Assembly (NCBI GenBank): GCA_964016885.1
Contig: OZ024741.1
Span: 355,508,001-355,572,000 of the forward strand
Direction: 5' to 3'
DNA length: 64,000 bases
DNA from: Eledone cirrhosa
Lineage: Eukaryota
Every line of letters begins with the position of its first letter. The stretch's first letter is position 1. This document shows, one piece after another, positions 39,960-53,741 of the stretch. A model generated the notes under the pieces. It searched no databases. It was not told the DNA's origin and saw only the letters and a list, made by a program, of their open reading frames with translations. The position numbers were made by a program, and so were the translations under genes.

Positions 39960-41050
39960 TAATAATTGTTTCTACTTTTTGGCACAAGGCCAGCAATTAC
40001 CCAGTATAATTACTGGTACTTTATTTTATCGACCCCATAAGGATGAAAGGCAAAGTTAACCTCGGCGGGATTTGAACTCAGATCGTAAAGGGACATAACT
40101 ATGCTGGAAAGCATGTCCGACCCTCTACCGATACTGCCAATTCACCAATAATGATTACTATTTTTGGTACAAAGCCAGTAATTTTAGGAAGGAGAGGAAA
40201 GCTAATTAAATCAACTCCAGTACTTTACTGATACTACATTTAATCAACCCTGCAAGGATGAAAAGCAAAGTTGACCTCAATAGGTATTGAAACCAGAATG
40301 TAGAGGGCCATGATGAAATACTGCAATGCATTTAATCTGATGAACTAATGATTTTGGCAACCTGCTGTCTTTAGTAAATATAATAATGATTTCTAGTATA
40401 GGCACAAGGCCAATAATTTGGGGGAGGGGAAAGTCAATTAAATCGACCCCAGTACATGATTGGTACTTTATTTTATTGACCCCAGAAAGCTGAAGCCTTT
40501 CAGCTAATACTTTATTTGTACTTGGCTGGTATTTTATTTTATCAACCCCAGAAAGATGAAAGATAAAATGGACTTTGTGGGGGTTTGAACTCAGAACCTA
40601 AAGAACTAGAACAAATACTATAAAATATTTTGGCTGGTACATTATTTCAACCCCAGTACTTGGCTGATACTTTATTCTATCAACCCCAGAAGGACGACAG
40701 GCAAAGTTGACCTCAGTGAGATCTGAAATGAAAACATGAATTGGAACAAATACCACAAAACATTTTGTCTGATACTCTAACAATTCTTCCAATCCATCGC
40801 CATTATCAGTAGTAATAATTGTTTCTACTTTTGGCTCAGGCCAGCAATTTAATTTGGATAGTGGGAGAAAAAGTAAATTATATCAACCCCAGTATCTGAC
40901 TGGTACTTTATTTTATCGAGCTCAGAAAGATGAAAGGCGGGGTTGGCCTTGATGGGATTAGAAATCAGAAAGTAGAGAGTTGAAACAAATACTGCTAAAC
41001 ATTTTGTCCAATGCTCTAATGATTGTTAATCTATCACCCTTCTTATCAAT
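39960..41050 (-). mobile_element. Head-to-tail cluster of about five tRNA-derived SINEs separated by short AAT runs
   Basis: Tails (aataat..ttcta...caaggcc) at ~39961, 40147, 40380 and 40813; cores at ~40030, 40250, 40540, 40680 and 40915. Confidence 0.8.
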
Positions 41051-41091
41051 TGTAATAATAAAAATTTCACTAGCAAATGAAGGCCCACAAT

Positions 41092-41505
41092 TCATCATCA
41101 TCATCATCATTCCACGTCCACTTTTCCTTACTTGCAAGGGTGGGATGGGTCCTCTTCAACACAGCATCTCTTCATTTGTCACGATCCTTCATTATCTCCT
41201 CTGTGAGCTTCAGCAATCTGAAGTCAGCTCTCACCACCTCTGCCCATCATTTTCGTGGTCTTCCTCTACTCTGTTTTCCTTCCACTGTGATTTCTTGGCA
41301 CTTCTTTACCCAGCGGTCATTCTCCATGCACGTCACATGACCATACCAATGCAGACTTCTCTCCTGCACACTACGGTTTATTCTTCTTATACACAGTTTC
41401 ATTCTCAACTCATCCACGCTTGGTCATTCACGCCCATTGACATTATACATACATCAGAGCGTGCTTGCTTCATTTCTCTCCAGCCTTCGCATATCCTCTG
41501 CAGTA
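41092..41505 (-). mobile_element. RTE LINE 3' fragment
   Basis: Encodes RRSLHWYGHV..GRPRK; ends in an agtggacgtgg(GAT)n tail. Confidence 0.75.
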
Positions 41506-41967
41506 GCTGAATTATGAACATGATAAAAGCATGAAATATCAGGAAAGCTAAGATCAAATAACTTTAATGTAACTCTCAGGGTGATTCAGCACAACATGCT
41601 GTGTAACAAGGATGGCACTTCTCAGGCAAAGGTCATCTGATGGACTTCCAAATATTCACAAGACATAAGTCAACCTGAAATTATGGTAAATGATACTTGT
41701 CCAAGATGCAATAGTTGGGATGGTGATGGTGGTGGTGGTGATGAGGTTGTGAGGTGTTGGAGGTAGAGGATGTGGTGGGGGTGTGAAGGGATAGATGATG
41801 GAAGTGATGGAGTATTGGAGAAGGTAATGGATGATTTGGGGTAATTTTAGAAGTGGCCGTGGTGGTAGTGATGGTGATAAGTGATTAGCTGAAGCAGCCC
41901 CTCCCCCAAAAAATAAAACAAAAAAACAACAACAAAAACAAAAAAACAAGAAGATATCAGGAATTAC

Positions 41968-42096
41968 CAAAGCCACACAGTTCTCCTGTGTAGTCTGTAT
42001 TACAGTAGCAGATGAATTTGGTTCCATTACCAACCTGGTCGCAGCGGGCTGCATTCTTGCAGGGGGCACTACGACATGGGTTTCTTGTAGATATAG
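41968..42096 (-). CDS. Multi-EGF protein exon (EGF1)
   Basis: tttcag|CT ATA...TTT G|gtaatt; 129 bp, phase 1-1; ISTRNPCRSAPCKNAARCDQVGNGTKFICYCNTDYTGELCGF. Confidence 0.9.
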
Positions 42097-42127
42097 CTGA
42101 AATAGCAACAATACAACATTCATATAT

Positions 42128-45100
42128 AATGATAATAATAATAATGCTTTCTTTATTAACCACAAGGGTTTACATAAAGTAGACATTAAGGACAGTACAG
42201 GACAATACAGGACGGTACAAATGGGCATTTCTGCGTGTAAAAAAACAAAAAAAAACGGAAGATGTAATAATAGAACAATGAAAATATTCCCCAATAGGGG
42301 GGAGACTTCCGAGGGACATTCGTGGAGAAAGCCCAATAAAAAGCCACAGTGACCCTGACCACCAGGGCAAGTGTCCTCTCCCAGTTTTCCACCTTTAATT
42401 TACAGACACATACTCAGAGTAGGCCCATTCACTCGGGCCATTCTTGCCTCTCACACCCATCTTTCAACAAAATGCTGGGAAGAGAGCACTTCCCTCTCTA
42501 CCCTGATTTTCCTTTTCAAATGAAATTTGAAACGGTTAATCAGGGCATCACCGAAGAGGTAAGTGGTCGTCTTCAGCCCTTTCAAACGTGTCCACCATAC
42601 TATCTCTTTCGCCATGGCCACCAGACATTTAAAAACTGCCTGCCCTTCCCGGCTAAAGGAAGAGGGCGGGGCAATCCTCACGATGGACTCAGCTGATAGC
42701 TGGATCCGTCCTACACGTGACAGCAGGTGTTCGACATAAACCCACAAGTCAGCAATGCTCGGACACTGAACGAGTGCATGCAGGACGGTTTCGTCGCCCT
42801 GCGCGCATCTCGGACATGCCCGGCTGACGGCACCTCCATGCCTGTAGAGTTTATCCTGAACTTGCAAAGCTCCTCGGTAGCACTGCCAGGCCAGGGATTT
42901 CTGGTAATTGTCCATAGGCCCCGGCCCGAAAGTCCTTCCGAAGAGATTGGCTAGTTGATTTTCGTCGACGCCTAGAGTTTCTCCAAGTACGTCGTCACTC
43001 TTCCCCTCCACTAATCCTCTATAGAACGCCAAGGTGGAGTTTCCACCGATCACATTGCCCGATTGGTCGAGGGCTGTGAGCGCCTGAAGACATTCCAGTC
43101 TCCAAGCGCTCCCTCTTGGTCTTCGCTTGACCAGGACTGCAGCTCCGTCAAGGAGACGAGCTGGGGAAAGACGTGTCTAGCAAACGGCGACCACACCTGA
43201 TCACCGTCGAGGAAGAGGTGGAGATGTCGTAGCCTGAGCGTGTGTCTGCGCATCATCAGCCACAACATGCCCAGCCCTCCACGTAGTGGGTGTTGACAGC
43301 AGATGGACCGCCTGACCATTGGAGTGCGTCCCTTCCACACAAAGCGAAATAGCAAACGCTCCAGCACAGTCAGGCGGGGCGTAGGACAAAGTACGACGGT
43401 CAGGCGGTAGTAGATGACGGACGCGATGTACGCGTTAGCCACCTTTGCTTGACCTTTCAGGGATAGCTTCCTCTCCGCCCATTTCTGGGTGAGAGAAGCC
43501 ACCCTGCTCGTCACCTCGTCCCAGTTTTTGTCCGTCTGGAGGTCCGGACCGAACCAGACCCCTAGCAATTTAACCGGTCCGTCCGTCCAACGCCTGACGA
43601 CGCTGTTGGACGGCATGGACCTGCCTCTCCAGGTGCCGAGCTGCAGGCCCACTGACTTTTCCTGGTTGATCATTGCTCCTGTCACCGCTTCGTATTCTCT
43701 TAGTGTAGTGCCGATCGACTCGATGTGTTTGGCGTTCAACACCACTACGGTGACATCGTCCGCATATGCTGACACGGATCTTCCGCATCCTAGTTCGCGC
43801 GAGACCCACTCAACGTCTCCAGTTTGTGCAGTAATGGCTCGAGAGTTAATACGTACAAGAGGGACGAGAGGGGACATCCTTGGCGGACCGAGCGCATGAT
43901 GTTGAACGGTTCCAAAAGGTGACCGTTCACTCTCACCACAGAGCAGATGTCGCTGTGCATGGCAGCGATCTAGCCTCTGAAGACGGGCCCAAAGCCAGCC
44001 ACCCTCAGGGACTGCCGCTAGGTAACGATGGTAGACCCTATCGAAAGCTTTCGACTGATCTAAATTGATCAAGGACCCACCCGTGCCAGGTTCCCTAGCT
44101 ACCCTCTCTACGCTGCATCGCATGAGGTGGAGGTTGTCGTGGATGGCTCTGTCGGGAATGGTGCACGTCTGTGCCTCTCCCACCAGACCACCAACGACAA
44201 GCGCCAACCTCTTTGCTAGCACCTTGGCCAAAATCTTGAACTCTGTGTTTAGCAGAGTTATGGGCCTGAAATTATCTATGTTATCCCCCTTGTTCGGATC
44301 CTTTCTCAGCAGCGTCACAGCTCCTCGGCTCACAGAGCTGGGAGTCCTCCCGTTCTGTTGCCAGTTGCAGTAGACGTCCACCAAGAGGCCACCGAACAAG
44401 TCTGGCATCTGTATGTAAAGTTCATAGGGCAGACCATCCAAACCAGGCGATTTACCCCTTGTGCAGCCAGTCATTGCCTCCCGTACTTCAGCGGCTGTTA
44501 TCGGCTTTTCGCAACACTCCACCTCAGTGGCCGAGAGCCGCGGCATTCCGTTGAGGTAAACACTAAAGTCCATCCCTCGATCCGGCCCACCGCTGCTCTA
44601 TTTTTCTCTATTGCTAAAGCCTTACTAAACCTAATGGACTCTATCCTAATTGCTCATTTCAGAGCAAACCACCACTTGTTGTTGACGATGGCCCCCGTCA
44701 ACGACCGCTTAACTAGTTCGCTAATCTGGTCTCTGTAGGCCTTGCGCGTTGGTAAGGACGCGTTTAGCTTCCAGTAGCCAGGTCCTCGTCTATGAAGCCT
44801 ATCTAAGTGAAGCACACAGATCACGAATTTGTGGTCCGTGTAGCTGACTATCTTGAATTGTGGACAGCCTATGCTAGACCTATCTATTTCCCTACAAAAT
44901 ACTCTATCTAGATATGATCGGGATGAGCCTATGAAATTTGTCCAAGTCCACATTGGCACATTCGGGAACCTCAATCGGTACCTGTCAGACAGTTCAAAAC
45001 GCCTGAGCAGGTTGGTGAGGCTCTTGCACCCTCCTCCTCTATCCGCTGATCCCACACAGTCCCAATTTGCATGTAAGATCCCGTTCCAGTCGCCCACTAA

Positions 45101-47771
45101 CAATTAAGAGCGGGACGTTCCAAGAAAGTTCTCCAGACGCCGGAAGAAATCAGGCCGCCCTGCTCCTGTCGGGGCATAGACGGCCACTAGCCTGAAAGCT
45201 TGCCCGTCTCCGCTGGTCACGTCCAGCACCACCAACTTCCCTCTGGGTCCAGGAAGATGGCCCGTATGGCGAGATCCAAACCTCTTCGAAAAAGCACAGC
45301 AACTCCTCCCCCCGATCCAGGGCGACTGGGAGATGCGTACACATCGTAGCCGCCGAAGATCGGTGCGAAGGCCCGTGCTTCGGAGATTCTGGTCTCGCTG
45401 ATGGCCACTACATCTATGTTTAGTAACCTGAGGTCATTGAGCAGGTGGCCCTGTTTCCATGACGACCCCAAGCCACGCGCATTTATGCTGCCTATTCTGA
45501 GTGAGGTCATGTTGAAATGGAGTGGAAAAGATGGGAAAGACCACTTATCTTACTTCTCGTAGAGGAAGGATGGTTTGTCCATCCTTTTCACTGCTTGTGG
45601 CCTCCTCCGGAAGGATGTCCTTATAAATCCTCCTGGAGAGTGCTTGTCGGAAGTCTCCGATGTCTTTGGGGAATTTTTGTTTTAGTGTCGTGTACGTTTT
45701 CTGTGTGATGCGAGTGATTTGTATGTGTGGAGGCGGTGTGAACTTTTGGGTTGTTGTGTAGTCTTTTTCTGTGATGCTGGTTTTGTGTTGGATGTAGTGT
45801 AATAATTGGTTGTTGTTCAAATTTAATTGTTTCTACTTTTGGCACAAGGCCAGCAATTAGCCAGTACATTACTGGTACTTTATTTTATCAACCCCGTTGT
45901 TCAAATTTAATGCTGTGTAGTGTGTATCGTTTTGGTTGTTTTGTTTTGTTGTGGGTTTGTTTCTGTTTCGCTTTTTGGTGACATTTGTGGTGTTGGGGTT
46001 AATGATGGTGATGGTGTTAGTGTTTGTGGTGATGGGGTTGGTGATGCTGGTGTGGATGGTGGCATATCTGTCCTAACTTTTTTGTTTCATAGTTTATTTG
46101 TTTCCCTCTGTATTTTGTTTTTGGAGGGGGAAGGAAGATAATTTTTTCTTTTTTGGTTTCTTTTTGTCTTTTTTCCTGATACCGTTTTCCACTCCTCGTC
46201 GTTACAATCTGTCTCCAGTTGTGATAGGTCGGGGAGTGGAAAATCCTCCACAGGCGTTGGATTTGGTTGTGGCGTGGTGGATGGTGTAGGCGCTGGTGCT
46301 AGTTCTGGCGCGTTGGGTGGTGGTGGTGTTGGTTTTGCTACTGTTGCGGGGGTTGTTGCTGTTACAGTTGCTTCTGTTGTTGCTGCTACAGTTGTTGCTG
46401 CTACAGTTTTTGCTGCCATCTCTGCTGCTGGTGGTGTTGATGGTTGAATCACTGGGGTGCGTAAGAGAGGTGGCCTCAACCTTTTAGCCTGAGGGCAGAA
46501 AGCCCTTAGGTGGGTTCCTTCACCACAAACGACACACCTAGGCCTTCTGCCCTCGACGATTTAGGTGAGGTGGCTGCCGTCAGTGAGATCTATTACCTCT
46601 GGGATCTCTTCAATGCTTTTTTGGTCCGCTTGGATCAGGAGCTCCATCCCAGATCCGGACCAGTTCTCCTGCTTTTCTTTCGCTGTTTCGATTATCTTGG
46701 TGTTGGCTTCGATGCCGGCGAGGACGGCAGCCATTAGCCAGGGAATTTCGATGGCCGGTGGAAAGTGGGTCACCCTGATCTTTACGAGTCTCTGGCCACA
46801 ATAGCTTGGGACGAGTGTGAAGTCGTCACTTCTTAATGGGACCATGGAGTGTACTCTAGCCTCCTGTGGTGTTTCAAAGAACACGTCCACGGTTCCATAT
46901 TTCTGCCCACGTCTGATGTGGGTTTTTTTTGCCCACACATGTCCCAAACATTTTTGCATTTGGGACTCGGATGCCCGTTCCACTCGGCGCGATTTTATGT
47001 TAATTGTTCGATAAGACACGGTGCATAGGCGCCGATGCTCCATTTTATTAGGTGGGGCGATGGGTTGGGGTGGGGTGAGGCTGACCCTGTACCCATCTTT
47101 CTTTACCATTTGTTTGGCTTCTTCTAATTCCTCCTGAGTTACCTGGAATGCTTCGCACTTTTTTGCTACTCTCGCAAAAGACAGGGTGGTTTTCTTAATT
47201 TCATTGTTGCTGTTGTTGTTATCGTTATTTTTGTTATTGTTAATTTTAGTTTCAGTTGTGGTGGTGGTGGCGTCAGTGGTGTTCGGTATGGAAGAGTTCA
47301 TTTTGGTTGAATTCATTTCGATATCACGAGTGAATTTATTTTTTTCTTTTGTTTCTGTTGTCGCTGTGGTGGTGGTGGCGGCTTTAACACCTGCAGTCAT
47401 TGGTAATGGCGGGAAATGAATGTCTGCCTGAGACAAATTAAAAATATTCCTATTGCTTATATTTTTAGTGTTGGCAAACGTAGTAATATTTACAATGGTG
47501 GTGTCGGTGTGAGGTGTTAGTTTGTGAGGAAGGTGTGACGCTGAGTCGGCCATGATTTTTCAAAGAAATTTTTTTGTTTGTTTGATAATTATAAAAAGTT
47601 TAAATTTTGGGCTCAAGGCCCCAATCTTTTTGAGTGTCCTTTTCAGAAATCAATATATGTGCACTTATATACAGTTAACAATAAAAATTTTCCATAAATG
47701 GCAATTTTAAACAACTGAAAATAACAAACCTTTGCGGAGCTCACATGATACGATTTACTACGTAAGTTGCC
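42128..47771 (-). mobile_element. Tx1/L1-clade LINE copy A, full-length ends, with a 303-bp internal deletion and a SINE insertion
   Basis: ORF1 from 47553 (CVVCGEGTHLRAFC knuckle). ORF2 from 45510: APE (SINARGL, ISET, GDWN, YLDR, TDH), RT (SPGLDG, FRPITLLN, DQSKAFDRV, YADD), zf-RVT CPRC..H..C. AATAAA and (ATT)n tail. Confidence 0.93.
45828..45895 (-). mobile_element. 5'-truncated SINE inserted in Tx1 copy A
   Basis: 16-bp TSD GTTGTTCAAATTTAAT (45812-45827, 45896-45911); empty site in copy B at ~51786. Confidence 0.9.
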
Positions 47772-47826
<55 letters not shown>

Positions 47827-50800
47827 TTTTCTTTATTAACCACAAGGGTTTACATAAAGTAGACATTAAGGACAGTACAGGACAATACAGGACGGTACAA
47901 ATGGGCATTTCTGCGTGTAAAAAAACAAAAAAAAACGGAAGATGTAATAATAGAACAATGAAAATATTCCCCAATAGGGGGGAGACTTCCGAGGGACATT
48001 CGTGGAGAAAGCCCAATAAAAAGCCACAGTGACCCTGACCACCAGGGCAAGTGTCCTCTCCCAGTTTTCCACCTTTAATTTACAGACACATACTCAGAGT
48101 AGGCCCATTCACTCGGGCCATTCTTGCCTCTCTCACCCATCTTTCAACAAAATGCCGGGAAGAGAGCACTTCCCTCTCTACCCTGATTTTCCTTTTCAAA
48201 TGAAATTTGAAACGGTTAATCAGGGCATCACCGAAGAGGTAAGTGGTCGTCTTCAGCCCTTTCAAACGTGTCCACCATACTATCTCTTTCGCCATGGCCA
48301 CCAGACATTTAAAAACTGCCTGCCCTTCCCGGCTAAAGGAAGAGGGCGGGGCAATCCTCACGATGGACTCAGCTGATAGCTGGATCCGTCCTACACGCGA
48401 CAGCAGGTGTTCGACATAAACCCACAAGTCAGCAATGCTCGGACACTGGACGAGAGTGCGTGCAGGATGGTTTCGTCGCCCTGCGCGCATCTCGGACATG
48501 CCTGACTGACGGCACCTCCATGCCTGTAGAGTTTATCCTGAACTTGCAAAGCTCCTCGGTAGCACTGCCAGGCCAGGGATTTCTGGAAGTTGTCCATAGG
48601 CCCCGGCCCGAAAGTCCTTCCGAAGAGATTGGCTAGTTGATTTTCGTCGACGCCCAGAGTTTACCTAAGTACGTCGTCGCTCTTCCCCTCCACTAATCCT
48701 CTATAGAATGCCAAGGTGGAGTTTCCACCGATCACATTGCTCGATTGGTCGAGGGCTGTGAGCGCCTGAAGACATTCCAGTCTCCAAGCGCTCCCTCTCG
48801 GTCTTCGCTTGACTCAGCACTGCAGCTCCGTCAAGGAGACGAGCTGGGGAAAGACGTGTCTAGCAGACGGTGACCACACCTGATCACCGTCGAGGAAGAG
48901 GTGGAGATGTCGAAGCCTGAGCGCGTGTCTGCGCATCATCAGCCACAACATGCCCAGCCCTCCACGTAGCGGGTTTTGACAGCAGATGGACCGCCTGACC
49001 ATCGGAGCGCGTCCCTTCCACAAAAAGCCAAAGAGCAAACGCTCCAGCGCAGTCAGGCAGGGCTTAGGACAAGGTACGACGGTCAGGCGGTAGTAGATGA
49101 CGGGCGCGATGTACGCGTTAGCCACCTCCGCTCGACTTTTCAGGGATAGCTTACTCTCCGCCTATTTCTGGATGAGAGAAGCCACCCTGCTCGTTACCTC
49201 GTCCCAGTTTTTGTCCGTCTGGAGGTCCGGACCGAACCAGACCCCTAGCAATTTAACCGGTCCGTCCAGCGCCCGACGACGCTGTTGGACGGCATGGACC
49301 TGCCTCTTCAGGTGCCGAGCTGCAGGCCCACTGACTTTTCCTGGTTGATCATTGCTCCTGTCACCGCTTCGTATTCTCTTAGTGTAGTGCCGATCGACTC
49401 GATGTGTTTGGCGTTCGACACCACTACAGTGACAACGTCCGCATATGCTGACACGGATCTTCCGCATCCTAGTTCGCGCGGACCCCCCTCAACGTCTTCA
49501 GTTTGTGCAGTAATGGCTCGAGAGTCAATACGTACAAGAGGGACGAAAGGGGACATCCTTGGCGGACCGAGCGCATGATGTTGAACGGTTCAGAAAGGTG
49601 ACCGTTCACTCTCACCACAGAGCAGGTGTCGCTGTGCTTGGCAGCGATCGATCCAGCCTCTGAAGACGGGCCCAAAGCCAGCCGCCCTCAGTAAGGTAAC
49701 GATGGTAGACCCTATCGAAAGCTTTCGACTGATCTAAATTGATCAAGGACCCACCCGTGCCAGGTTCCCTAGCTACACTCTTTACGATGTATCGCATGAG
49801 GTGGAGGTTGTCGTGGATGGATCTGTCGGGAATGGCGCATGTCTGCGCCTCTCCCACCAGTCGACCAACGACAAGCGCCAACTTCTTTGCTAGCACCTTG
49901 GCCAAAATCTTGAACTCTGTGTTTAGCAGAGTTATCGGCCTGAAATTATCTATGTTATCCCCCTTGTTCAGATCATTTCTCAGCAGCGTCACAGCTCCTC
50001 GGCTCACAGAGCTGAGAATTCTCCCGTTCTGTTGCCAGTTGCAGTAGACGTCCGCCAAGAGGCCTCCGAACAAGTCTGGCATCTGTACGTAAAGTTCATA
50101 GGGCAGACCATCCAAACCAGGCGATTTACCCCTTGTGCAGCCAGTCATTGCCTCCCGTACTTCAGCGGCTGTTATCGGCTTTTCGCAACACTCCGCCTCA
50201 GTGGACGAGAGCCGCGGCAGTCCGTCGAGGTAGACACTAAAGTCCATCCCTCGATCCGGCCCGCCGCTGCCCCCGAATAGCTGTGCGAATTGTCGCTGAA
50301 AAGCTTCACACATTTGCCCGGGATCGAGTAGCATGCGCTAATCGTGGTCCACCAAAACCGGATCGTGGCTTTGTTGCCACGACGCGCCTCCGCCACTCGG
50401 GCCCATTGAACGGCTTTCCCCTCGTGTCTGAGAGCACGCACCCTAGCTCTGACAACGCAGCCTTCGTGCTTTGCATTGAAGAATTGGTCAAGGGCCAATT
50501 TCGCCGCAAGTACGTCGGTCGCGATGCTTTTGCTAAGCGCCTCGTCTAATTTTCTAACTAGTTCTCCCTCTGCTCTATTTTTCTCTATTGCTAAAGCCGT
50601 ACTAAACCTATTGGACTCTATTCTAATCGCTCTTTTCAGAGCAAACCACCACTTGTTGTTGACGATGGCCCCCGTCAACGCCCGCTTAACTAATTCGCTA
50701 ATACGGTCTCTGTAGGCCTTGCGCGCTGGTAAGGACGCGTTTAGCTTCCAGTAGCCGGGTCCTCGTCTATGAAGCCTATCTAAGTGAAGCACACAGATCA

Positions 50801-53698
50801 CGAATTTGTGGTCCGTGTAGCTGACTATCTTGAATTGTGGACAGCCTATGCTAGACCTATCTATTTCCCTACAAAATACTCTCTCTAGATATGATCGGGA
50901 TGAGCCTATGAAATTTGTCCAAGTCCACATTGGCACATTCGGGAACCTCAATCGGTACCTGTCAGACAGTTCAAAACGCCTGAGCAGGTTGGTGAGGCTC
51001 TTGCATCCTCCTTCTCTATCCGCTGATCCCACACAGTCCCAGCTTGCATGTAAGATCCCGTTCCAGTCGCCCACTAACACTAAAGAGCGGGACGTTCCAA
51101 GAAAGTTCTCCAGACTCCGGAAGAAATCAGGCCGCCCTGCTCCTGTCGAGGCATAGCCGGCCACTAGCCTGAAAGCTTGCCCGTCTCCGCTGGTCACGTC
51201 CAGCACCACCAACTTCCCTCTGAGTCCAGGAAGATGGCCCGTATGGCGAGATCCAAACCTCTTCGAAAAAGCACAGCAACTCCTCCCCCCGATCCAGGGC
51301 GACTGGGAGATGCGTACACATCGTAGCCGCCGAAGATCGGTGCGAAGGCCCGTGCTTCGGAGATTCTGGTCTCGCTGATGGCCACTACATCTATGTTTAG
51401 TAACCTGAGGTCATTGAGCAGGTGGCCCTGTTTCCATGACGACCCCAAGCCACGCGCATTTATGCTGCCTATTCTGAGTGAGGTCATGTTGAAATGGAGT
51501 GGAAAAGATGGGAAAGACCACTTATCTTACTTCTCGTAGAGGAAGGATGGTTTGTCCATCCTTTTCACTGCTTGTGGCCTCCTCCGGAAGGATGTCCTTA
51601 TAACTCCTCCTGGAGAATGCTTGTCGGAAGTCTCCGATGTCTTTGGGGAATTTTTGTTTTAGTGTCGTGTACGTTTTCTGAGTGATGCGAGTGATTTGTA
51701 TGTGTGGAGGTGGTGTGAACTTTTGGGTTGTTGTGTAGTCTTTTTCTGTGATGCTGGTTTTGTGTTGGATGTAGTGTAATAATTGGTTGTTCAAATTTAT
51801 TGCTGTGTAGTGTGTATCGTTTTGGTTGTTTTGTTTTGTTTGCGTTTGTTGTGGGTTTTTTGCTGTTTCGCTTTTTGGTGACTTTTATGGTGTTGGTAAT
51901 GGTGGTGTTGGGGTTAATGATGGTGATGGTGTTGCTGTTTGTGGTGATGGGGTTGGTGATGCTGGTGTTGGTGGTGGCATAGCTGTCCTAACTTTTTTGT
52001 TTCATAGTTTATTTGTTTCCCTCTGTATTTTGTTTCTGGAGGGGGGAAGGAAGACGATTTTTTTCTTTTTTGGTTTCTTTTTCTTTTTTTCTTTTTTCCT
52101 GATACCGTTTCCCACTCCTCGTCGTCACAATCTGTTTCCAGTTGCGATAGGTCGGGGAGTGGAAAATCCTCCACAGGCGTTGGTTTTGGTTGTGGCGTGG
52201 TGGATGGTGTAGGCGCTGGTGCTAGTTCTGGCGCGTTGGGTGGTGGTGGTGTTGGTTTTGCTACTGTTGCTGGGGTTGTTGCTGTTACAGTTGCTTCTGT
52301 TGTTGCTGCTACAGTTGTTGCTGCTACAGTTGTTGCTGCCATTTATGCTGCTGGTGGTGTTGATGGTTGAGTCACTGGGGTGGGTAAGAGAGGTGGCCTC
52401 AACCTTTTAGCCTGAGGGCAGAAAGCCCTTAGGTGGGTTCCTTCACCACAAACGACACACCTAGGCCTTCTGCCCTCGACGATTACGGTGAGGTGGTTGT
52501 CGTCAGTGAGGTCTATTACCTCTGGGATCTCCTCAATGCTTTTTTGGTCCGCTTGGATCAGGAGCTCCATCCCAGATCCGGACCAGTTCTCCTGCTTTTC
52601 TTTTGCTATTTCGATTATCTTGGTGTTGGCTTCGATACCGGCGAGGACGGCAGCCATTAGCCAGGGAATTTCGATGGCCGGTGGAACGTGGGTCACCCTC
52701 ATCTTCACGAGTCTCTGGCCACAATAGCTTGGGACGAGTGTGAAGTGGTCACTTCTCAATGGGGTCATGGAGCGTTCTCTGTCCTCCTGTGGTGTTCCAA
52801 AGAACACGTCCACGGTTCCATATTTTTGCCCACGTCTGATGTGGGTCTCTTTTGCCCACACATGTCCCAAAGCTTTTTGGATTTGGGACTCGGATGCCCG
52901 TTCCACTCGGCGCGATTTTATGTTAATCGTCCGATAAGACACGGTGCATAGGCGCCGATGCTCCATTTTATTAGGTGGGGTGGGGGTGCGGGGTGAGGCT
53001 GACCCTGTACCCATCTTTCTTTACCATTCTTTTGGCTTCTTCTAATTCCTCCTGAGTTACCTGGATTGCTTCGCACTCTTTTTGCTACTCTGGCAAAAGA
53101 CAGGGTGGTTTTCTTATTTTCATTGTTGTTGCTGTTGTTGTTATCGTTATTTTCGTTATTGTTAATTTTAGTTTCAGTTGTGGTGGTGGTGGCGTCAGTG
53201 GTGTTTGGTGTGGAAGAGTTCATTTTGGGTAAATCCATTTCGATGTCACGAGATAATTTATTTATTTCTTTTGTTTCTGTTGTCGCTGTGGTGGTGGTGG
53301 TGGATGCGGCTTCAACACCTGCAGTCATTGGTAATGGCGGGAAATGAATATCTGCATGAGACACATTTAAAATATTGCTACTGCTTATATTTTTAGTGTT
53401 GGCAAACGTAGTAATATTTACAATGGTGGTGTCGGTGTGAGGTGTTAGTTTGTGAGGAAGGTGTGACGCTGAGTCGTCCATGATTTTTTTCAAAGAAAAA
53501 TGTTTTGTTTGATAATTATAAAAGTTTAAATTTTGGGCTCAAGGCCCCAATCTTTTTGAGTGTCCTTTTCAGAAAACAATGTATGTGCACTTATATACAG
53601 TTAACAATAAAAATTTTCCATAAATGGCAATTTTAAACAACTGAAAATAACAAAACTTTGCGGAGCTCACGATAATACGATTTACTACGTAGGTCGCC
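47772..53698 (-). mobile_element. Tx1/L1-clade LINE copy B, full length
   Basis: Collinear with copy A, same 5' terminus GGCrACyTACGTAGTAAATCG; ORF1 from ~53481, ORF2 from 51487; several frameshifts; (ATT)n tail at 47772-47825. Confidence 0.93.
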
Positions 53699-53738
<40 letters not shown>

Positions 53739-53741
53739 TTA

